From Patescibacteria group bacterium (lineage in GTDB: Bacteria > Patescibacteriota > Patescibacteriia > Patescibacteriales > UBA12465), in NCBI GenBank assembly GCA_023229115.1, contig JALNZW010000005.1, forward strand, positions 23,050-87,049: a stretch of 64,000 nt of DNA, read 5' to 3'. Below, piece by piece: positions 8,086-17,043 of this stretch (its first letter is position 1; every line of letters starts with the position of its first letter). Below the pieces are notes generated by a model, which saw only the letters and a list, made by a program, of their open reading frames with translations, was not told the DNA's origin and did not search any database. The position numbers and the translations under genes are program-made.

Positions 8086-10311
8086 ATGTTAGAAGAAAAA
8101 AAATTTTCAGGAGAATGGCTTGGTCGAGAACTAAGCTTTAGAACTGGCAAAATGGCCAGACAGGCTGACGCCTCTGTTTTGGTCCAATATGGAGAAACAG
8201 TTGTTATGGCCACAGTTGTTCAATCAAAAAACGAAAGAGAAGGTATTGATTTCTTTCCTTTAATGGTTGAATTTGAAGAAAAACTATACGCAGCTGGAAT
8301 AATTAAAGGTTCTCGCTGGGTTAAACGAGAGGGCAGGCCTAGTGATCAATCTGTTTTAACTGGCAGAATGGTTGATAGATCAATTAGGCCTCTTTTCAAT
8401 GATGAAGAAAGAAGAGATGTTCAATTAATACTAACTGTTTTATCAGTTGATGGAGAAAATGATTATGACATCGTTTCCCTAGTAGCTGCCTCAGCCGCCT
8501 TGAGAATCTCAGGAATAGATTGGGATGGGCCAATTGGTGGCGTAAGAGTTGGTTTGATTGAGAATCAAATGATTTTTAACCCAAGTTACGAACAACAAGC
8601 CATCAGCAAACTAGATTTAATTGTAGCTGGTACAAAAGAAAAAGTAATCATGATTGAAGCCGGCGGACAGGAAATAGCAGAAGATGTTATGTTAGAAGCT
8701 ATAAATGCTGGACAAGAAAAATTACAAGGAGCTATTGATTTAATTGAAAGATTCAAAGAAAAAGTTGGGGTAAAAGAAATAGAAGAAAAGAAAAAAATGC
8801 TTAGTGAAGAAGAATCTAAAGAAAAAAACAGAAAAGAAGATTTACTAAAAATAGGAGAAAAATGGTTATCAGAAAACATAAAAAATATTTTATTTGAAAA
8901 AGTATATTACACCAAGGGAGAAAGAAAGATGGCTGTTCGAAAAATAAAAGAAGGTTTAGACGAATATCTTTTTACTCAAGGAATAAGTAAGTCAGATCGA
9001 GATTTCAGTGTGAAAAAATTAGCCGAAAAAATGATTGAAGCTGAAGTAACTAGGGCAATTTTAGAAGAAAAAAGAAGAGTTGACGGAAGGGCTTTAGACG
9101 AAATAAGATCTTTATCTTCTGAAGTTTCTATTTTACCAAGAAGTCATGGAACCGGTCTTTTTACTCGTGGAGAAACCCAAGTTATGTCAATTGTGACATT
9201 AGGTTCACCAGGAATGGAACAATCTTTAGAAGGAATTGAAGGACAAAGCAAAAAAAGATATATGCATCATTATAACTTCCCTCCTTACAGTGTAGGAGAG
9301 GCTAGTCCTCTTCGTGGTACTGGTCGCAGAGAAATTGGACATGGCGCTTTAGCTGAAAAAGCCTTAATTCCTGTTTTACCAAATAAAGAAGACTTTGCTT
9401 ATACTGTTCGTGTTGTTAGTGAAACTTTAGGTTCAAATGGCTCTTCTTCAATGGCTTCAACTTGTGGATCAAGTTTGGCTTTAATGGATGCTGGTGTTCC
9501 AATTAAAAGCCCCGTTGGCGGAATAGCTATGGGCTTAGCCTCTAACGAAGATATGAGCAAATGGGAAGTTTTAACAGACATTCAAGACTTAGAAGACGGT
9601 AAAGGTGGAATGGACTTTAAAATAACTGGTACCAGAGAAGGATTAACAGCTATTCAATTGGATACAAAAACAAACGGTTTAAGTGAGGAAATTATTAAAA
9701 AAACCTTAACAGAAGGTCGAAAAGCTTTAAATAAAGTTATAGATTCACTTCAAACTGCCCTACCAGAATCAAGAAAAGAGTTATCACCTTATGCTCCTAG
9801 AATTATTAGCTTCCATGTTAATCCAGAAAAAATTGGCTCAATTATTGGTCCTGGAGGAAAGATAATTAATAAAATAATTGAAGAAACAGAGGTAACAATT
9901 GACATTGAAGATGATGGCTTAGTTATTATCTGTTCACTCAATCAAGAAAACGGCAAAAAGGCAGAAAAAATGGTAAAAGATATTGTCAGAGAATTCGAAG
10001 CTGGAGAAATTTTCACAGGAAAGGTTGTTAGATTAATGGATTTTGGTGCTTTTGTAGAATTACCGGGAGGGCAAGATGGCATGGTTCATGTCAGCGAATT
10101 AGCTCCTTACAGAATTGGTAAACCAGCTGATTTTGTCAAAATTGGAGATATGGTTACTGTAAAAATAAAAGAAATTGACTCTCAAGGAAGAATTAACTTA
10201 AGCATGAAAGGTCTAAATGAAAATGAACCATTGTGGAAAGATAAAAAAGGTGAATCAAAAGGAGAATCAAATGGTTTTCACAAAAAACCAAATTTTAATA
10301 AAAAATACTAA
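8086..10311 (+). CDS. pnp: Polyribonucleotide nucleotidyltransferase (PNPase)
   Basis: 741 aa. Two RNase PH-like domains, then KH (IGPGGKIINKIIEET) and S1 (GKVVRLMDFGAFVEL) domains. Confidence 0.97.
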   Translation: MLEEKKFSGEWLGRELSFRTGKMARQADASVLVQYGETVVMATVVQSKNEREGIDFFPLMVEFEEKLYAAGIIKGSRWVKREGRPSDQSVLTGRMVDRSIRPLFNDEERRDVQLILTVLSVDGENDYDIVSLVAASAALRISGIDWDGPIGGVRVGLIENQMIFNPSYEQQAISKLDLIVAGTKEKVIMIEAGGQEIAEDVMLEAINAGQEKLQGAIDLIERFKEKVGVKEIEEKKKMLSEEESKEKNRKEDLLKIGEKWLSENIKNILFEKVYYTKGERKMAVRKIKEGLDEYLFTQGISKSDRDFSVKKLAEKMIEAEVTRAILEEKRRVDGRALDEIRSLSSEVSILPRSHGTGLFTRGETQVMSIVTLGSPGMEQSLEGIEGQSKKRYMHHYNFPPYSVGEASPLRGTGRREIGHGALAEKALIPVLPNKEDFAYTVRVVSETLGSNGSSSMASTCGSSLALMDAGVPIKSPVGGIAMGLASNEDMSKWEVLTDIQDLEDGKGGMDFKITGTREGLTAIQLDTKTNGLSEEIIKKTLTEGRKALNKVIDSLQTALPESRKELSPYAPRIISFHVNPEKIGSIIGPGGKIINKIIEETEVTIDIEDDGLVIICSLNQENGKKAEKMVKDIVREFEAGEIFTGKVVRLMDFGAFVELPGGQDGMVHVSELAPYRIGKPADFVKIGDMVTVKIKEIDSQGRINLSMKGLNENEPLWKDKKGESKGESNGFHKKPNFNKKY

Positions 10312-10422
10312 ATATTGACTTTTATCTATAATTAAGATAATATAACAGAAGCTATAGGTAAATAATTGTAATAATCTATCATTTTCGTAATTACGCAAAA
10401 TGGTTGACAAGAAAATATGTTA

Positions 10423-10839
10423 ATGATTAAAATGGCCAAAGTTGGTAAAACAAACAAAAAAGTTTTTCGAATTATCATTTCGGAAAAAGCTAGAGATCCT
10501 TATGGTAGAGCCCTAGAGATTCTTGGTTCTTATGATCCTTATGACAAAAAGCTAGACGTAAAAACTGATAGAGTTAAATATTGGATTTCTCAAGGAGCTC
10601 AAATGACTGCTTCTATCAACAACTTGTTTGTTGACAACAAGATTGTCGACGGAGGAAAAATCAAGAACTCTAAACCAGGAACACCAAACAAAAGAAAAAC
10701 CGAAAAAGTACAAAAAGAAAAAGACAAAGAATTAGCCAAAGCCAAAGAAGTTGAAGATGCTAAAAAAGCTACAGAAGAAACTAAAAATAAAGAAAACGAA
10801 GTTCCAGCTGAAAACAACGAAGAAGGCAAGACAGAATAA
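10423..10839 (+). CDS. rpsP: 30S ribosomal protein S16 with a ~55-aa Lys/Glu-rich C-terminal extension
   Basis: MIKMAKVGKTNKKVFRIIISEKARDPYGRALEILGSYDP aligns by eye with the S16 N-terminus. The ORF track starts 2 codons earlier, at 10417. Confidence 0.9.
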   Translation: MIKMAKVGKTNKKVFRIIISEKARDPYGRALEILGSYDPYDKKLDVKTDRVKYWISQGAQMTASINNLFVDNKIVDGGKIKNSKPGTPNKRKTEKVQKEKDKELAKAKEVEDAKKATEETKNKENEVPAENNEEGKTE

Positions 10840-10962
10840 TTTAGTTTGACTTTTTGTTAAAATACCTTTAAAATTTAAACAGCACCGTTTAGGTGGTTAA
10901 AAATTAAGAAAATTCTTATAAACTTGTGTGATGAAACAATTTATAGGGATAGATCGACGATT

Positions 10963-11286
10963 ATGTCGGAAAATCAAGACAAGAAATTCTTAGAAACGAT
11001 CATCGCTTCTATTGTCAGCCAACCAGAAGCTGTATCAGTAGAGAGAACAGTTGATGAAAGAGGGGTTCTTTTGACTTTAAAAATTGATCCAAGCGATATG
11101 GGATTTGTTATCGGTCGCCGTGGACAAACAGCTCAAGCTATCAGAACTTTATTAAAAGTTGTTGGTGCTAGAAATAACTCTAGAGTAAATTTAAAGATTT
11201 ACGATCCAAATAACGGAGTTAGACCAGAAAGAACAGAAAGAAGAGACGAAATTGACACATCAGCTATTGATGATTTAAAAATCTAG
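10963..11286 (+). CDS. KH-domain RNA-binding protein (YlqC/UPF0109 type)
   Basis: VLLTLKIDPSDMGFVIGRRGQTAQAIRTLLKVV contains the GxxG KH motif. The rpsP-KH-trmD synteny is conserved. ATG at 10963 is preferred over the upstream TTG at 10924. Confidence 0.85.
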   Translation: MSENQDKKFLETIIASIVSQPEAVSVERTVDERGVLLTLKIDPSDMGFVIGRRGQTAQAIRTLLKVVGARNNSRVNLKIYDPNNGVRPERTERRDEIDTSAIDDLKI

Positions 11287-11310
11287 TTATTAAAAACTTA
11301 GATATAAAAC

Positions 11311-11337
11311 AAAAAACCACTTATGTGGTTTTTTGTT
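11311..11337 (+). terminator. Rho-independent terminator
   Basis: aaccac-ttat-gtggtt followed by a T-run. Confidence 0.6.
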
Positions 11338-11348
11338 TATAAAAATAT

Positions 11349-12011
11349 ATGAAATTTAATATCATCACTATCTTCCCTGAAATTTTTTCATCTTATTTTA
11401 ATGAAGGAGTTTTAAAAAAAGCAATTGATAAAAAAATAATAAAAATAAAAACTCATAACTTGCGTAATTTTACTAACGACAAAAGAAAAACTGTTGATGA
11501 CACTGTTTATGGAGGTGGCGCTGGAATGCTTTTAAAAATAGAACCATTATATAAAGCTATAAAGAAAATTGCCCAAAAAAAGAAAACATCTGGACAAAAA
11601 ATAATATTATTATCAGCTAAAGGCAAAGAATGGAACCAACAAATGGCTCAAAAATATTCTAAATTAAAATCATTAACTTTGATTTGCGGGAGATACGAAG
11701 GTGTTGATGAAAGAATAAAAAACTTTATTGATGAAGAAATTTCAATCGGTGATTATGTTTTAACTGGCGGAGAAATTGGAGCGATGGCTATTATTGATTC
11801 TGTCTCTAGATTATTACCTAAAGTCTTAGGCAATAAAGAAAGTATTAAAGACGAATCTCATCAAAAAAAAGATATATTAGAATATCCTCAATATACCAAA
11901 CCAGCTGTTTTTAAAGTCAGCAAAAAAGAATACAAAGTGCCCAAGGAATTAATTTCCGGCAACCACCAATTAATAGAAAAATGGAAACTTGACAATAAAT
12001 CAAAAAAATAG
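11349..12011 (+). CDS. trmD: tRNA (guanine37-N1)-methyltransferase
   Basis: 220 aa. FNIITIFPEIFSSY, TVDDTVYGGGAGMLLK and GRYEGVDERI are TrmD signatures. Confidence 0.95.
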   Translation: MKFNIITIFPEIFSSYFNEGVLKKAIDKKIIKIKTHNLRNFTNDKRKTVDDTVYGGGAGMLLKIEPLYKAIKKIAQKKKTSGQKIILLSAKGKEWNQQMAQKYSKLKSLTLICGRYEGVDERIKNFIDEEISIGDYVLTGGEIGAMAIIDSVSRLLPKVLGNKESIKDESHQKKDILEYPQYTKPAVFKVSKKEYKVPKELISGNHQLIEKWKLDNKSKK

Positions 12012-12065
12012 CAAAAAACAAATTATAAACAAAAAACACCTTTATTTTATTGGTGTTTTTTTGTA

Positions 12066-12094
12066 TTGACATTTTTATAGTTATATGATATAAT
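12066..12094 (+). promoter_or_regulatory. Consensus sigma-70-type promoter (TTGACA-17 nt-TATAAT)
   Basis: TTGACA at 12066-12071, exact 17-nt spacer, TATAAT at 12089-12094, 45 nt upstream of the lipoprotein ATG. Confidence 0.55.
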
Positions 12095-12138
12095 AGTCTG
12101 TTGTTCTTTAAAATTGTTAAACTAAAAAATCTGAAATC

Positions 12139-13353
12139 ATGAGAAGAAAAGTCGTTTTTCTGTTTCTGGCTGTGATCGGCCTAATGTTTTCCTCCTGCGA
12201 AAAAGAGGATTATTTCATTGTTAACCCAATTTCTGAAGAAGAAACCCAAATTTCTAAAGTTTTTTACACTTATTCACCAATCTCCACTAAAAGCACAAAA
12301 GATGGTCAAGATGGAGAAAAAACTGGCGAAGTTATTGATGGTGATAGTTTAAACTTTGAAACACCGGGCACTCTTGTTTTTCACACGATGCCACAAGACA
12401 CAACTTGTACCTGGAATATGGGAGGAAGCTCCTATGTCCAAAAGGATCAAATTCTTCACGGATTTAGTAATTACGGTAACTATAATTGTTCTGTGGTCGG
12501 TGAAAACACCAATCTTCGTAATTTCACTGTTGTTATTAAAGAAGACGAAGGAGATGGTGATGACGATGATAATCCAAGCGATACAACAAGCTATAATATA
12601 GCTTTGGTATCAAAAACTGATCGAGGAAATTACTGGGAATTAATCTTTAATGTTAAAAATCAATTCCCCGGTTACGACATTAGTGGCTATGGACACGTTG
12701 GTAACGGTTATACAGGAGCATCTTGGACACCGCAAAATTCAAACATTACCAATCATCCAACCTTAACCAATGTACTGGTTTTTTCCATGAGTATCCCAAA
12801 GACCTACAACGGAAAAGTTAAATTCTGTTTAACTTTTGGATCAAATTGGTTTAATCCCAACCTTGATAGTTTAGGAGGAGTATTTTGGAACACTTCTACC
12901 GCCAATGACCCCAATGAACAAATATGGCAATTTAATGTCATTGGTAATTCCTGCGCTATGACATCTTGGGATGGGGTAACAATTTCTCCCGCTGGAGAAA
13001 ATACTATGCCCGGCAAAATGAATGATGGCCTAATTGGATTCACTATCAACAATCAAGTTGGAGGTGATGAAAGCTTGACCATTTATGTCAAATCGCCAAA
13101 CTCAAATGAACTTCGCTATGCGTCGGACTCCACCTCACACTCAACTATCCCTGTTCAGCTAACAACTTTACAACTAGAAGGAGTTGTTGGATATGACGAT
13201 TGGAAAAAGTGTACAATTCCCAGAAACCAAATCAAAAAATATCTTTGGTTTCATTTCGGAACAAACACTTCTAATACTTACACACGCAGTATTGCTTGTG
13301 ACGAATCCGACTTGTTCGTTGAAAGCCAATTAGCTTTCCGGATAATGGGATAA
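12139..13353 (+). CDS. Secreted lipoprotein with a PKD-like N-terminal module and an acidic linker; function unknown
   Basis: Signal peptide plus lipobox (LMFSS-C) followed by EKED. Poly-acidic stretch EDEGDGDDDDNPSD. Visibly GC-richer than its neighbours. Confidence 0.75.
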   Translation: MRRKVVFLFLAVIGLMFSSCEKEDYFIVNPISEEETQISKVFYTYSPISTKSTKDGQDGEKTGEVIDGDSLNFETPGTLVFHTMPQDTTCTWNMGGSSYVQKDQILHGFSNYGNYNCSVVGENTNLRNFTVVIKEDEGDGDDDDNPSDTTSYNIALVSKTDRGNYWELIFNVKNQFPGYDISGYGHVGNGYTGASWTPQNSNITNHPTLTNVLVFSMSIPKTYNGKVKFCLTFGSNWFNPNLDSLGGVFWNTSTANDPNEQIWQFNVIGNSCAMTSWDGVTISPAGENTMPGKMNDGLIGFTINNQVGGDESLTIYVKSPNSNELRYASDSTSHSTIPVQLTTLQLEGVVGYDDWKKCTIPRNQIKKYLWFHFGTNTSNTYTRSIACDESDLFVESQLAFRIMG

Positions 13354-13375
13354 AAATTTCAAAACAAAAACAAAA

Positions 13376-13406
13376 AGCCCTCAAATTATCGAGGGCTTCT
13401 TTTTTT
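13376..13406. terminator. Bidirectional terminator between convergent genes
   Basis: agccctc-aaattatc-gagggct flanked by an A-run and a T-run. Confidence 0.65.
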
Positions 13407-13416
13407 ATAAAATACT

Positions 13417-14475
13417 TTATTTAATAATATACAAATCTTTATCTTTAATAATACTGCCATTAACCATAAAACCAGCTGCTTTTTTATGACCACCCCCACC
13501 TAAAAAAGAAGCTAAATAAGCAACGTCAATTTTTTCAACATTTTCCCCTGAACCAACTCTCAAACTCCCCTTTATCTTTCCTCTTTCTTCTTCTCTTAAA
13601 AGTAAGAATGTCTTAGCATCAGACAAACTACTTATAAAACCAACAATATCACCAAAAACATCACTACCCAAAGCGTTAGTTGACTCTTTAAAAAAACGTA
13701 AATTATCATAAGTCAAAACAGAAAAAGCAATATTATATTTTTTATTTACCTTTAAATTAGCCAAAGCCATGCCCCACAACTTCATTTCCCAAAAATTTTT
13801 ATTACGCCAAGTATTCTGAAGCAGTTTGGGAAACTGAGCCCCCAGACTCATCATCTCTGAGGCTATTTTTAAAGTTTTGTCACTAACAGATGAATATAAA
13901 AAATTACCAGTATCAGTCAACATTCCAGCTAAAATACAATTAGCTACATTACGATCTATTTCAATTTTATTTTCTTTCAAAAAATAATATAAAAGTTCGG
14001 TATTAGATGATAATTGAATTTTAATTTCAATATCAGCATAGCTGCCAACTTTTACATGATGATCTATTTCAATAACTTGAGTATCTAACATTAAATCTTT
14101 AATATTTTTAATATCTTCAACCAAAAAAGTTCTATCCAAAGAGCCACAATCTAAAGTAACAACAATGTCAAAAAAATTTAACCAATCCTTGTCAAGTTCT
14201 TGACCTTTGTTATATTTAGATTTAACAACTTTCAATAACTCTTCTTTACTAGAAATAATATTTTCAAATCCAGGTAAAAAATAATAATCATCAGTCTTTT
14301 TTTCGGCCAAAGCTAGAAATTCCTTGCCCATGCGTTTAAAGATTTCAATAAAAACACCCAGAGAAGAAAGAGCGTCAACATCTGGATTAATGTGAGAAAC
14401 TAAAAGAACCCTATCAGCCGAAAGGATTCTTTGCCAAGCTTTAATAAAATTTTGTCGATCAATGTCGGAGATCAT
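13417..14475 (-). CDS. DHH/DHHA1 phosphoesterase (NrnA-like oligoribonuclease/pAp phosphatase)
   Basis: 352 aa. HINPDVDALSS, EIDHH and GGGGHKKAAG motifs. Confidence 0.85.
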   Translation of the reverse strand: MISDIDRQNFIKAWQRILSADRVLLVSHINPDVDALSSLGVFIEIFKRMGKEFLALAEKKTDDYYFLPGFENIISSKEELLKVVKSKYNKGQELDKDWLNFFDIVVTLDCGSLDRTFLVEDIKNIKDLMLDTQVIEIDHHVKVGSYADIEIKIQLSSNTELLYYFLKENKIEIDRNVANCILAGMLTDTGNFLYSSVSDKTLKIASEMMSLGAQFPKLLQNTWRNKNFWEMKLWGMALANLKVNKKYNIAFSVLTYDNLRFFKESTNALGSDVFGDIVGFISSLSDAKTFLLLREEERGKIKGSLRVGSGENVEKIDVAYLASFLGGGGHKKAAGFMVNGSIIKDKDLYIIK

Positions 14476-14481
14476 ATTTTT

Positions 14482-14820
14482 CTAATTTCTTTCTTCTTCT
14501 ATTTGTTTAAAAGCATCATCCAGCTTACTAGCCACCTTAAAACCATCATCAATCGCCCAAAAAATTTTTGGGACTCTAACCAGGCGAGCTCTTTCTTTTA
14601 AGACTCTAGACAAATGACCAGTTTTAGATCGAAGTCTTTTAAGGGCTGTGCCCGAAAAATTATCTGGTAAAATCGAAACAAAAACCTTAGCCGTGGACAT
14701 ATCAGAAGAGCACCTTACTTCTGAAATAGTAATTAAAAAATTGGGAGCCTCGACTTCACTGCCTATTATCTCAGCTAGATAATGTTTTATTATTTCGTTT
14801 AATTGTTGTGATTTAGACAT
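14482..14820 (-). CDS. rbfA: Ribosome-binding factor A
   Basis: 112 aa. ITISEVRCSSDMSTAKVFVS is typical of RbfA, and it follows infB in the conserved order. Confidence 0.88.
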   Translation of the reverse strand: MSKSQQLNEIIKHYLAEIIGSEVEAPNFLITISEVRCSSDMSTAKVFVSILPDNFSGTALKRLRSKTGHLSRVLKERARLVRVPKIFWAIDDGFKVASKLDDAFKQIEEERN

Positions 14821-14930
14821 ATTATTTGTTAAATATTGTATAATTATAACACTTTATGTTGTTTTATTCAAGATAAAATAAAAAAGATCATAATTGACCT
14901 TTTTTAAAAAACAAACAGAGAAATAATTAA

Positions 14931-16922
14931 TTAAGCTGGCAAATCATCAACTGATTCTTCCTCCTCTTTATAAAAATGCAAAGCATCTCCTATTTGAATC
15001 AATGGCTTTCCTTCATATCTCAAACCACACTCTTGCCCTTTATCAACAAAATTTACGTCTTGCTTTCCTGACTGCAATTTATCTATTTTACCTTTATCAA
15101 TAAATTCCTCTTCACGCCAAATTTCTAATAAAGAATTTGACTCCACTTGACCATCAATAATTTTGCCTCCAACAATTTGAGAATCATTTTCAGTTCTAAA
15201 AATAGCTAAGACTTTTAATTTTCCAATATCTCTTCTAATTATCTGAGGTTTATAAATATTTTTCATTTCCAACTTAACATATTTTATTAAATCATAAATA
15301 ATACTGAAAATATTTATTTTAATATTTTTTTCTCTAACCAAATCCTCTGTTTGTGGTTGAAGCTTAACATTAAAACCAATTATCTGAGCATTAGAATCTT
15401 CAGCTCTTTTAATATCTCCTTCGGCAATATTTCCCAAGCCTTTATGTAATATTTTAACCTTTATTTTCTTGGTATTAACTTTCATTAATGATTCTTCTAT
15501 AGCCTCGGCTGATCCCAAAAAATCAGCTTTAATTATCAAGTTTAATTTCAAGGATCCATCATCGACTCCCTCTGTTGTTGCAATGGTCTGTCTATCGGCT
15601 TTTGATTTAGCGGCCATTTTTTTCATTTTTACTTTTTCACCCTCACCGACTTCCAAAATATCCCCAACCTCTGGCAAGGTTTTTAAACCCAAAACTCTAG
15701 CAGGAGTAGATGGTCCAGCACTTTCAATAGTTTCTCCTTTATAATTTTTCAAAGCCTTAACTTTGCCATAAATAACACCATTATAACAAAGTTGATCTCC
15801 CACATTTAAAGTTCCATTTTGAACTAAAACGGTGGCTACTGGACCAGCACCCTTGTCAACATTAGATTCAATAACAGTTCCAACAGCGTCGGATTCGGGA
15901 TTGGCTTTTAAATTAGATGTTTCCATTTCAGCTGACAAAAGAACCATATCCAAAATATCATCTATTCCTTGTTTTTCTAGAGCTGAGACAGGAACGCAAA
16001 CCGTTTTACCTCCCCAATCCTCTGGAATTATATTTAATTTTGAAGATAAATCTTGCTTAGTACGATTAATATCAGCTTCTGGTTTGTCAATTTTATTAAT
16101 AGCAACGATAAAAGGAATTTTTGAAGCTTCAATAATTCTGAAAGCTTCAACTGTTTGTAGTTTAACGCCATCATCAGCAGCGACCACTAAAATAGCTATA
16201 TCAGCTACCTTAGCTCCACGACTACGCATGGCAGTAAAAGCTTCGTGACCAGGCGTGTCAATAAAAGTAATTTTTTGATCTTTTCTAACAACCTGATAAG
16301 CACCAATATGTTGAGTAATTCCACCTGATTCTCCAGCTACAACATTAGCCTCTCTAATAGCATCTAATAATTTTGTTTTTCCATGATCAACATGACCCAT
16401 TACCACCACAATAGGGGCTCTTTCTAATAACTCTTCTTTACTTTCTTTAGCAATGGACTCAGCCAAAACTTCTCGACCGCCAATATTTTCATTTTTTTCA
16501 CCACTCTCCTCTTTTAAAGAAACTTCTAAGTTTAAACCAGCTCCAATAATCACGGCTGTATCAAAATCAATTTTTTCATTCATAGAAACAAAAACACCAT
16601 TTTTCATCAATTCTTTTAAAACAACATTTATTGGTAAATCAGCGATTGAAGATAGTTCTTTGACGGTAATAAATTTATTTATTTCTACTTTTTTTATTTC
16701 TTTTTCAACTGAACCCTCCTGTTCTTTTTTCAAAGCTTCTTCGGCTTCTCTTTTTTTCTCAATTTGAGCTACGAAAATCGGCCAATTTTTAATAATTTTT
16801 TTAGCAATCATTTTATCAACCTTAATTGCTTTTTGACCAATATTAAAACCCATTTGAGGAAGCAAATGGCGTAATTCATAAGGAGAAATCTTTAAAATAC
16901 GAGCTAATTCAGTTACATTCAT
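14931..16922 (-). CDS. infB: Translation initiation factor IF-2
   Basis: 663 aa. GTPase motifs VVVMGHVDHGKTKLLD, DTPGHEAF and NKID, plus the IF-2 C-terminal domains. Confidence 0.97.
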   Translation of the reverse strand: MNVTELARILKISPYELRHLLPQMGFNIGQKAIKVDKMIAKKIIKNWPIFVAQIEKKREAEEALKKEQEGSVEKEIKKVEINKFITVKELSSIADLPINVVLKELMKNGVFVSMNEKIDFDTAVIIGAGLNLEVSLKEESGEKNENIGGREVLAESIAKESKEELLERAPIVVVMGHVDHGKTKLLDAIREANVVAGESGGITQHIGAYQVVRKDQKITFIDTPGHEAFTAMRSRGAKVADIAILVVAADDGVKLQTVEAFRIIEASKIPFIVAINKIDKPEADINRTKQDLSSKLNIIPEDWGGKTVCVPVSALEKQGIDDILDMVLLSAEMETSNLKANPESDAVGTVIESNVDKGAGPVATVLVQNGTLNVGDQLCYNGVIYGKVKALKNYKGETIESAGPSTPARVLGLKTLPEVGDILEVGEGEKVKMKKMAAKSKADRQTIATTEGVDDGSLKLNLIIKADFLGSAEAIEESLMKVNTKKIKVKILHKGLGNIAEGDIKRAEDSNAQIIGFNVKLQPQTEDLVREKNIKINIFSIIYDLIKYVKLEMKNIYKPQIIRRDIGKLKVLAIFRTENDSQIVGGKIIDGQVESNSLLEIWREEEFIDKGKIDKLQSGKQDVNFVDKGQECGLRYEGKPLIQIGDALHFYKEEEESVDDLPA

Positions 16923-17043
16923 TTATTTATACTTAAATTATTTATAAACCAAAGAGAAAAAAAACTAATTTTACCTAATTTACAGTTATTTTATAACATT
17001 TTATGCTTTTAGTCAATTTAAAAACAAAAAAATAATTAACTTT

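Noticed and set aside
12356-13052. ORFs 12356..12601 (+) and 12804..13052 (-) within the lipoprotein gene
   Set aside because: They are nested in alternative frames of a longer ORF that has a clear signal peptide, promoter and terminator.
15469-16767. Three plus-strand ORFs (91, 138 and 104 aa) antisense to infB
   Set aside because: Ser/Pro/Ala-rich nonsense translations typical of the antisense frame of a highly expressed gene. infB fully accounts for the region.
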